Below, piece by piece: positions 1 through 13,066 of a DNA stretch of 64,000 bases. The notes beneath the pieces were generated by a model. The model did not search any database. It saw only the letters and a program-made list of their open reading frames with translations, and was not told the origin of the DNA. Origin of the DNA: Octopus sinensis (lineage: Eukaryota); contig NC_043000.1 of the NCBI RefSeq assembly GCF_006345805.1, forward strand, positions 115,010,001-115,074,000, read 5' to 3'. Position 1 is the stretch's first letter. Every line of letters begins with the position of its first letter. Made by a program: the position numbers and the translations under genes.

Positions 1-747
1 GTTATGATGATAGTGATGGTGGTGTTGCTGCTTCTCATTTTGCAACAGCAGTGGGGGAGTCAGATGCAGTGGTGGAGGCAGTAGTTGTGGTGGTGGTGGA
101 AGTTAACAGTAGACAGATTCCTTAGTAATTTTATTTCTCTGTGTAAAATTATTTTCTTTGTCTGTGTGTCCAGGGAAGAAAAATATTTTTATATGGCAGG
201 TAGACACTGGAATGATGATGATTATTGTGGCTATAATAATGTTTTTTTTTATATCTGGAGTAGAATGGTGATGATGATGATGATTGTCACTGAATAATAA
301 TAATAATAACAACGATGTTTGCTTTATTAATTGTAGTCGTTATGAATCAGTTTATTGTTAACGGGACAAGACTGAATTCTAACAGCACACACATACCTAT
401 CTCCCATCATATGTTTTGTTTAACCCCAGGTCAGCCCCTGACCCAGTAAACCTATGATCAAAGACATTCCAGCTATGACTATTTATTTTCTTTTTAGGAA
501 TATCTACAATGATGTTATTTTTTTTTTATTTCTACATTATTTTTTTTTGACATTTTTGTTTTTTTTTTGTAAGTCACTAAGGTATAATTTGAGACACATA
601 CTTTGCCATTGTGATGATTGTAATAATAATAATAATGAAGAAAAAGAAGGGGAAGAAGAAAACGAGAAGAGGAGGAGGAGGGGAGAGAAAAAGGAGGAGA
701 GAGAGAAAACGAGGGGGGAGGGGGAGAAGAAGAAGAAGAATACTAAC

Positions 748-893
748 ATCCCAGTAGTTGTTGGGGCTCCTGGAGCAGTAACAACCAGTTTTGAGAAATT
801 TTTGGAGAAACTGGGATCAACAACATAAGGGTAAAACAGACTCAGAAAACTGTTTTATTGAGAACTGTGAGGATTGTGAGGCTGATACTTGGG
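748..893 (+). mobile_element. C-terminal fragment of an RLE-type (R4/Dong-like) non-LTR retrotransposon
   Basis: IPVVVGAPGAVTTSFEKFLEKLG...QKTVLLRTVRIVRLIL fits the end of the restriction-like endonuclease domain (VPxxxGALG...LQKxxLLGTxxIxRxxL). Confidence 0.6.
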
Positions 894-2030
894 TGTTAAT
901 TATTGTGGAAAGAGGCACTGTGAGACCCTTGACAACAGGTCCTTGTCCACTCTTTGACCAACTTTCTATTTCATCATTCTGGGGTTGTCAAAATAAACTA
1001 TCAACCAAGTACTGGGGTTAATTTAATCCGCTAAACCCCTCCCCTCAAATATTGTCACTAACATACATTAAGCGCAGGAACAAAAGTGGGTGCTAATCCA
1101 GATCCAGGATATTTTTACAAGGTCAAATTTTATCAATATTGATTTCAAAAACAAACACAGATATAATGACCCTTTTTCCTCTAAAGGCACAAAGCTTAAA
1201 ATTTCAAGCAAGGGGGCTAGTCAATTGCAATGACTGCAGTGCTCAACTGGTATTTATCTTATTGACCCCAAAAGGATGAAAGACAAAGTTAACCTCAGTG
1301 GAATTCGAACTTAAAACATAAAAGCAGATGAAATACTGCTAAGCATCTTGCCTGGCATGCTAACAATTTTGCCAGACTTAAACACAGATATCATCATCAT
1401 CATTTAACGTCTGTTGTCCATGCTGGCGTGGGCTGGCACGCTGGAAGGCTGTGCCAGGATCCAGTCTGATTTGACATTGTTTCCTATGGCTGGATGCCCT
1501 TCCTAATGCCAACCACTCCGAGAGTGTAATGGGTGCTTTTAATAAAAATAATAATGATGATGATGATGATTTCATTTAGTTGCCACAAGGGTGAAACAAT
1601 GAGGGGACAATACAGAAACAGACATCATGTGGGGGTTTGCATACAATAATGAAATGATAAAAGAAAAAAAAGTAAGTATACACGGTACACACTGAAAAAG
1701 AAGGGACATATGCACAGTATACAAAGGTTTAGAAAATAAAATAAGTGGGGAGGATGATAGAGATGTGGACTCTTGATACAGGAACACCTCTAGGGATAAT
1801 TGAGGAAATAATAATAAAAATAATGGTTTCAAATTTTGTTACAAAGGCAGCAGTTTTGGTGGGGTCAGAGGGAATGAGTTGATTACATCAACCTCAGTAT
1901 TCAACTGGTACTTATTTTATCAACCCTGAAAGGTAAAGTTGACCTCGGCAGAATTTGAACTCAGAATGTAGCGACGGGCAAAATACCACTAACAATTCTG
2001 CCATCTTGACGCCTTGATAATAACAATAAT

Positions 2031-2372
2031 AACAGGAGCACTCAGAGAGTGGAAACCTCTGCTAAGGTAACACCAATGTCCTCTCAATGATTAGCTTGAG
2101 AGGGTTTTTAAAATGAGAATATCTGAAATAAACTCGACCGCTCTCACAAACAAGAATACTGAAAATGAACCCGACCGTTCCCAAAAATTAAGTAAAAAAT
2201 CCTGAAAAATAATCCAGAATCCTTGTCTGGTATTGGGTTTGATCCCAAAATCTAATCAATTTGTGCCAGTCATGAGGCCAAACATTCCTGAAAGTTTCAT
2301 CCAAATCCATCCAGCGGTTCTGGAGATATTTTGTCTAAGGACAAACAAACAAACTCGACTGAAAATAATACC
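2031..2372 (+). mobile_element. Possible Helentron-associated (HINE/DINE-1-like) non-autonomous element
   Basis: Starts aacaggagcactcagagag, has an aagtttcatccaaatccatccagcggtt core and a (caaa)n stretch. The 3' end runs into a minus-strand SINE. Family assignment is from recalled architecture only. Confidence 0.4.
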
Positions 2373-2787
2373 TATTTCTTTATTGCCCACAAGGGGCTAC
2401 ACACAGAGAGGACAGACAAACGGATTAAGTCAATTATATCAACCCCAGTGCGTAACTGGTACTTAATTTATCGACCCCAAAAGGATGAAAGGCAAAGTCG
2501 ACCTCGGCAGAATTTGAACTCAGGACGTTTCGCCTTACTGAAGGCAGAGGTAGTAGTAGTAATACTAATAACAATGATAATAATTATATTTGTACATCAA
2601 TCAAATCAGATGAATCTAATAATGGAAAATCAGTGTTTCAAATCCAGTCCAAAAATGTTTTGCGGCTTGTTTTGTTTTGGCAATGATGTTTTTCATCAAG
2701 ATGTTTAATGTGTTTTCAATGTAAGATGAGAATACATGCACATCCGACACATAGGTAGCATGCCTTCTCACATATCCAGACCTATGT

Positions 2788-2790
<3 letters not shown>

Positions 2791-2834
<44 letters not shown>
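2791..2834. repeat. (CA)n microsatellite
   Basis: Direct reading. Confidence 0.95.
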
Positions 2835-2839
<5 letters not shown>

Positions 2840-3187
2840 ACACACTGGAAACAAATGCAAGAAACCTGTTAATATTCACTGAGATGCCATTAAAATTCAT
2901 CCCTACCCCTTTTCCACCCTGTTTGACCTCAATCAACCACCTTTTACCTACCTATCTACTCCAGTTACAACTAGTTTTAGTCACTCCCTACCCTCTACTC
3001 TACTTACCTTTTAAATGCCATTCCTGAAATACTCACACTCACACACACACACACCTCTTTCACCTGATCATCCATCCCAGGTATGTTGTGTATGTGTGGC
3101 ATAGTAAGTGGGTACCACACCTATTTGACCCAAATACTGTTGTTGCTGTTTTTAATTTGTCAAATGCTGCTCTCTTAGTGTTTAGTG

Positions 3188-3798
3188 TGAGGTGATGGCT
3201 GTTATTGTGTAGCCTTTGACTCTCTAGTCAGGTTTATCCTCATTTTTAGTGGGGTATATGCATTATCAAATGTACCCTCCACTTCTTTTTAACTCTACTT
3301 TTCTCTCCTCTGTCTTCTGTCACACACACACACACATGCTCTTTCTCTCTCTCTCTTTTCTCACACCATAGTCTTCCTCTCACCACATAGTCTCACTCAC
3401 ACCACACACTCTTTCCTGTCACACTCTCACACAACTTACTTTCTCTCTGTTATGAGGCATTCTCTCTCTCCCCCTCATGATGCATTCTCACTCTTTTTCT
3501 GAACTCTCTCTCTCAATAATAGTAAGTTTAATTTGAGGTGATGGTGGTTATTGTGTAGCCTTAAACTTTCTAGTCATGTTTATCCTCATTTTTAAGGGTA
3601 TATACCCCCCCCCCGTTATCTAATGTACCCTCCACTTACTTTTTAACTCTACTTTTTTCTCCTCTGTCTTCTGTCACACACACACACTCTTTCCTGTCAC
3701 TCTTACACAACATATTTTCTGTTATGAGGAATTTTTTTTCTCTCCCCCTCATGATGCATTCTTACTCTTTTTCTGGACTCTCTCTCTCTCTCTCTCTC
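3188..3798. repeat. Old tandem duplication, period about 345 bp
   Basis: The block tgaggtgatgg...gtagcctt...ttatcctcattttta...tgtaccctccactt...ctgtcttctgtcacacac...catgatgcattc occurs at 3188-3514 and again, diverged, at 3534-3798. Confidence 0.8.
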
Positions 3799-4131
3799 AT
3801 CTCACTGTGCTCTCTAATTGGAGAGTGTTAGTCAAGGGTTGAGATAAATGTCATCAATTATTCTTCTTCGCCAAATTTCTAGCCTTCAACTTATTTTAAA
3901 AGCAATTATTGTTTCCAAGTGCATGTTTTTATTGCACCACCAAATACTTGTCAAGTATATGTGTGTGTGTGTGTGTGTCTTTTGGGAGCTTGTGTGCCAT
4001 GTGTTGTAACAGCTGTCTATAATGTTGCTATAACAGTTGTTGGATGTACCGTTCTACGTTCTATACAACCTAATTCACTCATGTGGGTAACAAGGCCAGA
4101 CTCTACTTTGCTCGGTATCATAAGCATTTTT

Positions 4132-4370
4132 GAAGGCAGCAAGCTGGCAGAATCGTTAGCACACCGGGTGAAGTGCGTAGCCGTATTTCGTCTGCCGTTA
4201 TGTTCTGAGTTCAAATTCCGCCGAGGTCAACTTTGCCTTTCGTCCTTTCTGGGTCAATAAATTAAGTACCAGTTACACACTGGGATCGATGTAAATTGAC
4301 TTAATCCGTTTGTCTGTCCTTGTTTGTCCTCTCTGTGTTTAGCCCCTTGTGGGTAGTAAAGAAATATATT
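4132..4370 (+). mobile_element. tRNA-derived SINE (family 1) with 12-bp TSD
   Basis: Body ggcagcaagctggcagaatcgttagc...ctgagttcaaattccgccgaggtc...agccccttgtggg; flanked by ataagcattttt at 4120-4131 and 4371-4382. Other copies lie at about 13855-14085 (+), 26296-26520 (+), 35700-35940 (+), 50484-50668 (-), 59958-60172 (+), with partial copies at 1.2-2.5 kb and 31.4 kb. Confidence 0.85.
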
Positions 4371-4651
4371 ATAAGCATTTTTATGATAATGTCTGATGGA
4401 CCAGGGGCTTTTCCTCTCTTCATGTCTCTAATTGCCATCAACTAAAATTGCTGGTCCCTTCACTGGATTTACATTTGGGAGGTTCTCTTTCTCCTATGCA
4501 TTCTCCATACTAAATAGTCTTTCATAGAAACATTTCCATGTCTCTTCCTTCCCAAAATCATTCAGTACAAGTCTACCATTATCCATCCATCTGTACACAT
4601 TCCTCTCCCACATTTTGATTCTTTCTGAATTCTTTCCTGAAATTATCGCTA

Positions 4652-5832
4652 CAAGGTGGTATCAAAAAGTTCCTGGATTAATTCTAGCAATGACCTTCAT
4701 GAGGCAGTGTGTCGAGTGACATCACTGTGTTTACTTTGCAATTTGAGAAATTTGGGTTTTCATGATCACATGATGATGATGATGATATATGCTGTAGTCT
4801 GCAATTTTGTCATGGACAGGAACATAGAACCAACATGAAATTTTGCATTAAACTTAAGAAGTTTTTGTTGTTTGTTCCTTGTCAAGCCCTGCCTGGTTCA
4901 TAAGGGCCGGTTTTCCTGATTTCTTTGGAGTATAGTTACCCACCTGGACGCAACGCCAGTCCATTGCAGGTGAGCTGCAAGATGCAGGAGGAAAGAGTGA
5001 GAGAAAGTTGTGGTGAAAGAGTCAGCAGAAGTTTGCCATTATCTTCTGCCGGAGCTGCATGGAGCTTAGGTGTTTCGCTCATAAACACACATCGCCCGGT
5101 CTGAGATTCGAACCCGCAATCCCTCAACTGCGAGTCCGCTGCTCTAACCACTAGGCTATGTGCCTCCACAAACTTGGGAAGTCTGCTGCAGTAACACTGA
5201 GCTTTCTTTGGCAAGATTACGGCAACAAGACAATGGGTTGTATGCAATATCTTGAGTGGCACAGGTGCTTCAAAAGCGGAAGAGCATCTCTGAAAGAATG
5301 AGTGATCTGAAAGACCTTCCACAAGTGTCACCCCTAGAAATGTAGTATTGTGCATTGAGAATTTGTCCCCCAGGGCCAGACTGTCAATCAAGAGTTCTAT
5401 AGCAATGTTTCGAAGTGTTTGAGGGAGGACATTTGGTGAAAGCAACCAAATTTGTGGAGTGCGAATAATTGGATTCTTCACCAAGCTCTCCTCACTTCTC
5501 AGTTTCTCACCAAAAGCATGGTGACACTTCCACACCTGTCCTATTCACCAGATTTAGCACCTGCAGACTTCCACCTCTTTCTCCAAGATGAAAACGCAGC
5601 TCAAAGGCCACCGTTTTGAAACCATTGTCAAGATCCAGAGTGAATCGCAGAAGGTCTTCAACACACTTTGAGAAAACAACTTCCTAACTAGATTCTAAAA
5701 GTCGCAGGAATGCTGGAACCGGTGTATGGCTGTGCAAGGTGACTATTTCGAAGGAGATGATGGTAAAACTTTGGTAAATAAGTTATTTTTCATTAAGCAT
5801 ATCTAGTCCTGGAACCTGTTGATACCACCTCA
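4652..5832 (+). mobile_element. Internally deleted mariner transposon (relic 1)
   Basis: TA-flanked TIRs caaggtggtatcaaaaagttcctgga / tcctggaacctgttgataccacctca. Broken transposase frames KLGKSA...EWHRCFKSGR, EFVPQGQTVNQEFY, YSPDLAPADFHLF and GDYFEGD. Confidence 0.9.
4863..5169 (-). mobile_element. tRNA-derived SINE (family 4) inserted in mariner relic 1
   Basis: The minus strand begins gtggaggcacatagcctagtggttagagcagcggac...ggttcgaatctc (A and B boxes). Imperfect 13-bp TSD aaacttaagaagt (4850-4862) / aaacttgggaagt (5170-5182). Confidence 0.85.
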
Positions 5833-5934
5833 TACAGATCGTTTGCATACAGTCCTTTGCATCTCAGAATCCAGCAGCTTTGTTCACTCCTCATTTTCAT
5901 ACACATACACACACATAATGTGTGCACGCATGTG

Positions 5935-6547
5935 TCTGTGGCACTTTGCTGTACTCAAGAAGACATTCACCACAGCAGAATTCTTTTCTACTCTAGGCAC
6001 AAGGCCTGAAATATGGGGGGAGGGGGCCAGTCGATTAGATCGACCCCAGTACACAACTGGTACTTAATTTATCGACCCCGAAAGGATGAAAGGCAAAGTT
6101 GACCTCGGTGAAATTTGAACTCAGAACGTAAAGACAGACGAAATACCGCCAAGCATTTCGCCCGGTGTGCTAATGTTTCTGTCAGCTCGCTGTCCTATAC
6201 ATACGTATATAGAGAAAGAGAGAGAGAAACACACACATAATGTGTGCACGCATGTGTCTCTCTCTTTCTCTATATACATATGTATATGACAGCGAGCTGA
6301 CAGAAACGTTAGCACACCGGGCGAAATGCTTGGCGGTATTTCGTCTGTCTTTACGTTCTGAGTTCAAATTCCACCGAGGTCAACTTTGCCTTTCATCCTT
6401 TCGGGGTCGATAAATTAAGTACCAGTTGTGTACTGGGGTCGATCTAATCGACTGGCCCCCTCCCCCCATATTTCAGGCCTTGTGCCTAGGGTAGAAAAGA
6501 ATTCTGCTGTGGTGAATGTCTTCTTGAGTACAGCAAAGTGCCATAGA
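5935..6547. repeat. Long inverted duplication with ~290-bp arms and a ~30-bp spacer, including a SINE and unique flank
   Basis: 5935-6227 is the reverse complement of 6257-6547 with only a handful of substitutions seen by eye. Confidence 0.95.
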
Positions 6548-6654
6548 TCTCAGTCCTTTGTCATTTCTTTCACAAGGTGCAGTGTCTCAAGACCAGCCTT
6601 CAGTACTTTGTCCCGTGTCTTCCTGGGTCTCCCTCTTCCATATATATTTATATA

Positions 6655-7253
6655 CAGCTCTGTTGCATGACTTTTAGAGGACCCCTGCAACTTTTTGTTT
6701 CGAGGCCCTATTCCTTCAATCAAAATTCATAATCTACACACCATTTATTCATAGCTATGTTTTACTTAATTCTATCTGAAGTTCAATATTTCGCATTATT
6801 CTAAAGAACATCTCTAAAAATACAAGTTAAATTTCTTTAGGTCTATTACAAATTTCAATAAGTAAAACTTCCAGATATGAATAAAAGAGCACTTTTATAA
6901 TTCAGGCAGCTTTCAAAGACAAACACGGTGCACTTTTCGCTTTGTGAAATTATCGATCAGTTCAGAATAATCAAGCTGAGAGCCAAGTTTGTGTTCAATA
7001 GATATCATAGACAATCCACAAAGTCTGGTACACGTTCATGGTTCAATGTAATATTTTTACAAGAACTTTTGCAGGTACAATGTATTACCATTTTATTTCT
7101 TGAAATTTTCAGTTCACATAGTTTAATTCTTGTTCAAAATCTTAACCAAAGTAAATAGATGACTCCTCTATGTTCACTGATCTTAACATGGGGCCCCTCA
7201 ACCGCAGAGGCTCTCTGTGACCACAGGTGTTGCAGGGCTTAGCGATGGCCCTG
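6655..7253 (-). mobile_element. hAT transposon relic
   Basis: Minus strand 7014-6913 reads LSMISIEHKLGSQLDYSELIDNFTKRKVHRVCL*, like the hAT dimerization-domain terminus. A terminus of cagggcc type lies at 7253; the other end (about 6655) is degenerate. Confidence 0.55.
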
Positions 7254-7629
7254 TTGTATGTATGTGTGTGTGTGTGTATGTAGTGTTCTCTAGTTCATGT
7301 TATCCATCATGGTAACACCACACACATGCATGCACACACAGACACACAATATCCTGCTGTGAATTGAATTATAGTTTGTACACCAATTTGTTAATGCCTC
7401 AGCGAAACCTAATCCTTCATTATATTCGTAAATATTGATTTTTGGCAACTGTTAATCTGTTTAATGTGGCTGCCATGGTTGTTGTTGTTCTTATTATTAT
7501 AAGAAGGGAAGGAGTTGATCTGGTTGTCAGCAAGATTACTATGTGTGCTGTGCTGTGTGTTGTAATGTGTAGGTTGTAGTACTAGTGGTGGTTGTTCTGA
7601 AGCTGTAAGTAATGGTCATGGCAATAATA

Positions 7630-7655
7630 CCAGTGGTGGTGGCAGCAGATTAGTG

Positions 7656-7687
<32 letters not shown>

Positions 7688-7765
7688 GGTAGTAGTAGTA
7701 GTGGTGGTAGTAATAGTGGCGGTAGTAGTAGTAGTAGTGGTGGTAGTAATAGTAGTGGTAGTATA
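7630..7765. repeat. (TAG/TGG)n trinucleotide microsatellite
   Basis: Direct reading; it explains the poly-Thr and poly-Leu ORFs. Confidence 0.9.
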
Positions 7766-7881
7766 CTGAGAAGACAGTTCATACTGACTGCTACCCAGCT
7801 GCATATAGCCTCACTCACAAGGTATTGGCCAGTTGTCTTTGATGTACATACTTAAATAGGGCTGAACTGGGTTTAAATACC

Positions 7882-8109
7882 TATTTCTTTACTACCCACA
7901 AGGGGCTAGACAAACAAGGTCAGACAAATGGATTAAGTCAATTATATCAACCCCAGTGTGTAACTGGTACTTAATTTATCGACCCCAAAAGGCTGAAAGG
8001 CAAAGTTGACCTCGGCGGAATTTGAACTCAGAACATAACGGCAAACGAAATACAGCTATGCATTTCGCCCGATGTGCTAACATTTCTGCCAGCTCGCCAC
8101 CTTAAAACT
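7882..8109 (-). mobile_element. SINE family 1 with 12-bp TSD
   Basis: Reverse copy of family 1, flanked by ggtttaaatacc at 7870-7881 and 8110-8121. Confidence 0.85.
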
Positions 8110-9393
8110 GGTTTAAATACCACCACCACCAAGTACTTCAGGCCATAACATTGGTGATAGGGTTCCATGTTGTCTTTCAACCTGCTGGACATTGTGACCA
8201 AATATTCTTCAAATTTATGATCAGAATGTTTTTGGTCAGAGCATTACTGCATCTGCGTCTTTTAGACTTGGCAGGAACATAGCTGATTTCTTCTTGAAGA
8301 CAAGTCAGGTGGAAAGTGAAAGAAAGAAAGAATAAGTGTCTGCTTCTTTGTTTATTGATGATGAAGAGAAGAAAGCAAGGTTACCCTTAGCTTAATTTGA
8401 ACTCAGACCTCAGTGTTCAGGAGGATAACTGCAAAACAATCTATCCAATGTTCAAACAACGCTGTCAGTTGGTTACCTGTATGTGTGACAGTGAGTGAAT
8501 GCAAGTGTGAGTGAGTGATTGTTGTGGTGTTCATTGTTTTTTTTTTTAAAGTCAATCAGGAAATGAACAAGCTTAGAATAAATAAATATATACACCCACT
8601 TTTATCAAAATTTACTTTCAATTTAGCATTCTGCCTTATTATAATTTTTCCTCTCCTATCATTTCTCCACGTGCGGTTAACACAACCCCACCATTTACTG
8701 ACTTATATAGACAAGAAAATGGAGGACAAATAACAAACAGAAGTGTCTTTTGCACTAGTAAGCCATTATTTAATTAGTAAATAAAGGCGAGAGTGAGAGT
8801 GAAGTTGTTTACGATCGTTTGTTTTAACATGGTGAGGAAAATATATATTTATATTTTTGTCTCGTAGACATCGTAGAACATCGTCAGAACGAAGAAGGTA
8901 GAGAGAAGAAGAGCAAATGGTCATGGGTTACATCGGTAAAGAGAAGATCAAAGATTCAAGTGTCTTACATTCTAGTTGGGTTCACAGTTCGTTAAGTCCG
9001 TTGTGAGGTGGATGAGGAATATAAGTTATTTGACTCAGATGATGTTGCTTTTGCTCTGAATTCTTGTAATCCTACATCATTGATATTTTCACAAGTACCA
9101 CTACCACCACCATCATCATTTCTGTTTCCACCTTCCCTACACAACCATCATATACATATATACATATATATATATTTCTATTATATGTAATTTTTTAGAT
9201 GGTGTAATTTAATTGTTCATTTTGAATTGATAAAAGGTGGTTTTTTTCTAATCTTTATATATATATATATATATTATATTTTGTGAAATTTGATTTAGTA
9301 TTTCTAAATGGAATTTTTCCCTGTAAGTTAGGAATAATATTCCCTCAAATAATTATTATTTTTATATATATATATATATATAATATATATATA

Positions 9394-9904
9394 CTAGCAG
9401 TATCGCCCGGCGTTGCTCGGGTTTGTAAGGGAAATAACTATATAAGCATTTTTAGAGTTACTTCCCTTATAGATGCCAATTCAGGCTTTCTTAGCCATTT
9501 CTGTTTTGGTGCCTTCAAGCCATGGAGTCGTTGTTCTAAAAGAACGCTGTTCTCCTTGATAACGCTTTACGACGTTGATTTCCTTACACTCCCTTCCCCA
9601 CAGCTTCACGAGGGAGGGAAGAAGGGGGAGAAGCAAACAGGTGCAGGTGTGACCATGGACGCCAACTCCGCCGCCATCAGCACACGAAAAATTATGCATT
9701 AAAATGGAATAAAAAATAATGTTAAATTATTTTTAAAATCGTAGACTCATCGTAGACGCGCGCTAATACTCAGACGGGCTCGATATGAATCACGACTATA
9801 AGATACCCGAATTTGGTTAAACTGCACCGCAAAATGTGTGAGTAGTTAGGAATCTAAATCGAAGGGGACAGACACTCACACAACTACAGTTTTATATATA
9901 TAGA
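9394..9904 (-). mobile_element. Non-autonomous Helitron
   Basis: Minus strand reads A|TCTATATATATAAAACTG...CCCGAGCAACGCCGGG (hairpin, 9406-9421), 8 nt, CTAG|T. It sits between A and T with no TSD and is CpG-rich. Confidence 0.85.
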
Positions 9905-10174
9905 TATGTCACATGGTTTCTAATTTAGGTGCAGACATCTTACACGTATTCAGGTGTGTACTGAATGTAGTGTTTGGTGATATTTGGTCAATAAGTGACT
10001 GAGTTTAATTAAACAATCGACCACACAGATTTTTGCTAAAGTATTAGCATGTTTTTAGTAACTTGTGTGTGTGTATCTGGGAGTCTTTATATCATAGTAT
10101 ATAATTCAGTGTGTGTTGCTATGTGTGTGTGTGTGTCTGAATAATACAGATGAGTTGTTGTGTAATGCTGTGTG

Positions 10175-10206
<32 letters not shown>

Positions 10207-11084
10207 CAAACAAACACACACTAACACTCCCATTTTTACACAAACATATGCACTTCATCTTTCAGTATATTTATTAACTATTAAGCACAGATTAATTGCC
10301 ACTACCACTACTACTGTAGATTAACTGTTGTCGAGTATTTACAAACAAGGGCGATTGTTTGTTCCATAACACACACACACACACACAAGACTTATTTGAC
10401 TCAGATGATGTCACTCTTGCTCTGAATTCTTATAATCCTACATCATTGATATTTTCACAAGTACTACTACCACCACCACCACCATCATTTCTGTCTCCAC
10501 CTTCCCCACACAACCATCACTACCATCGTAATCACCATCATCAATATCATCATCATCACCACCCTCATCATAGTACCATTCATTTACAATACTATCCCAC
10601 ATTCTCTACCACCACCACCACAACCTGTATGATCAATCATTGTTGCTACCACTGTTATATGTTTACTCTCATTTTCACCACAACCATCACCACTATTATC
10701 ATCATCATCATTATAACAACTATTACGGCTGCCAACTTTCTCTACATGCTGTAATCTAATGATCTGTTCATTAGTAACTAATTAATTGTACCTCACCTCA
10801 TGTTGACTTTACAACTTTTCACACTGCTGTCTTCACACCTTGATGGATCAAACACCATGCAAGAGTCTACCTCTCTCTTTGGAGCTCTTTCTTTCTCTCC
10901 TCCACTACTTTTCATTGGAATTTACCTTTGAATTAATATAATAATAATTATTATTATTTTAATGTGATGCTGAATGGATAATTGATTAATTCTGAGACCA
11001 AAAAAAAATGTAAAATACTTGCTCTAGTGTGCTACTGAGATACATATATATACCCAAGATACAAACATACACATTACATACATT

Positions 11085-11134
<50 letters not shown>

Positions 11135-11372
11135 CATACATATCTACAATCATGTCTGCATTTAATCTATATTATTCAAAGCCATTATCTCTGAAGATAC
11201 CCACATTTGGGTACCAACCAAAGAAAAAGCCAGGGCTTGTGGTTCGAAGAGCAAGCATGTTCCCAGATCCCAGTATAACTCCAGATCGTTATTTGGATCC
11301 CAGTATGGTTGTATGTAGAAACAAAAGAAAAAATTATTATTATTATCATTATTATTATTATTATTATTATTA

Positions 11373-12152
11373 TTTCTTTTTATCACAGGTTTTGTTGGAG
11401 CTCCTAGAGCCTTACATGTGTAGCAGGCTTACTACCTGCAGCCTACATTCCATGCTGTTCGTTCTTTCCATCTATCTAATACTTTCCTGGTTATTCTGGC
11501 CGTGCCAAGGGGGGCAAACCTTTTGTAACAGTTCTACTGGGCACTCTATTCCAATTTCCTTATATTTCCCTTGATGCCTTCTGATACTGCTCCCAAGGAC
11601 CCAACAATAATTGACACTATCTTCACCTTCTTCATTTTCCCTAACCAGGCTATTTCGTACTTAAGAGGGTTGTATTTATTTTTTTCACCTTCTTGACTAT
11701 TCGTGGGTCAAAGAGGCATGCAACATCAACCATATAGCACATGTGGTGCATCTTCTTGACTACAACTAGGTCCAGTCTGTTATGCTTTAGCACCTCGTCT
11801 GTTTGGATTGGAAATCCCAGAGGATTTTGCTAGTCTCCGACTCCTCCACTCTCTGTGGATTGTGCTCATACCACATATTGCCTCTCTCCAGCCCCCACTT
11901 TTCACACAGTTTCCAGTGTAGCACTTTTGCTACCTGATCATGTCGCCACAACTTGTAGTGGTTTGGGGCAAGCCTAGGGCATTCATTTGTGATACAGGCA
12001 ATGGTTTCATCCTCTCTACTGGAGATGTGGATCAGCAAAGATACTTTCTCATTTCAAAGGTTGACCCTCCACTTTGTGGCCAAAGTTTGGTCTTGCACTG
12101 CCAGTATAGTGCTCTCAGTATCTTTTTTAGTGTACCTTTCTTCAACCTGTCC

Positions 12153-12153
<1 letters not shown>
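11373..12153 (-). mobile_element. 5'-truncated R4/Dong-like non-LTR retrotransposon (zinc knuckle + RLE), copy 1
   Basis: ETIACITNECPRLAPNHYKLWRHDQVAKVLHWKLC...KILWDF, then after a frameshift IQTDEVLKHNRLDLVVV...VDVAC...YEIAWL...IIVGSLGAV...GTARITRKVLD. (TAA)n on both sides; R4/Dong elements are known to target TAA repeats. Confidence 0.85.
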
Positions 12154-12205
<52 letters not shown>

Positions 12206-12231
12206 CATTATTATTATTATTATTATTATTA

Positions 12232-13012
12232 TTTCTTTTTATCACAGGTTTTGTTGGAGCTCCTAGAGCCTTACATGTGTAGCAGGCTTACTACCTGCAG
12301 CCTACATTCCATGCTGTTCGTTCTTTCCATCTATCTAATACTTTCCTGGTTATTCTGGCCGTGCCAAGGGGGGCAAACCTTTTGTAACAGTTCTACTGGG
12401 CACTCTATTCCAATTTCCTTTATATTTCCCTTGATGCCTTCTGATACTGCTCCCAAGGACCCAACAATAATTGACACTATCTTCACCTTCTTCATTTTCC
12501 CTAACCAGGCTATTTCGTACTTAAGAGGGTTGTATTTATTTTTTTCACCTTCTTGACTATTCGTGGGTCAAAGAGGCATGCAACATCAACCATATAGCAC
12601 ATGTGGTGCATCTTCTTGACTACAACTAGGTCCAGTCTGTTATGCTTTAGCACCTCGTCTGTTTGGATTGGAAATCCCAGAGGATTTTGCTAGTCTCCGA
12701 CTCCTCCACTCTCTGTGGATTGTGCTCATACCACATATTGCCTCTCTCCAGCCCCCACTTTTCACACAGTTTCCAGTGTAGCACTTTTGCTACCTGATCA
12801 TGTCGCCACAACTTGTAGTGGTTTGGGGCAAGCCTAGGGCATTCATTTGTGATACAGGCAATGGTTTCATCCTCTCTACTGGAGATGTGGATCAGCAAAG
12901 ATACTTTCTCATTTCAAAGGTTGACCCTCCACTTTGTGGCCAAAGTTTGGTCTTGCACTGCCAGTATAGTGCTCTCAGTATCTTTTTTAGTGTACCTTTC
13001 TTCAACCTGTCC

Positions 13013-13013
<1 letters not shown>
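12232..13013 (-). mobile_element. 5'-truncated R4/Dong-like retrotransposon, copy 2 (tandem duplicate)
   Basis: Identical to 11373-12153 by eye except for one extra T; same truncation point and same frameshifts. Confidence 0.85.

Positions 13014-13066
<53 letters not shown>

Noticed and set aside
454-747. 124-aa ORF with an E/K/R-rich segment
   Set aside because: T-runs and GA-rich low complexity; only the last ~27 codons belong to an RLE relic.
7582-7818. Poly-Thr and poly-Leu ORFs
   Set aside because: Trinucleotide microsatellite.
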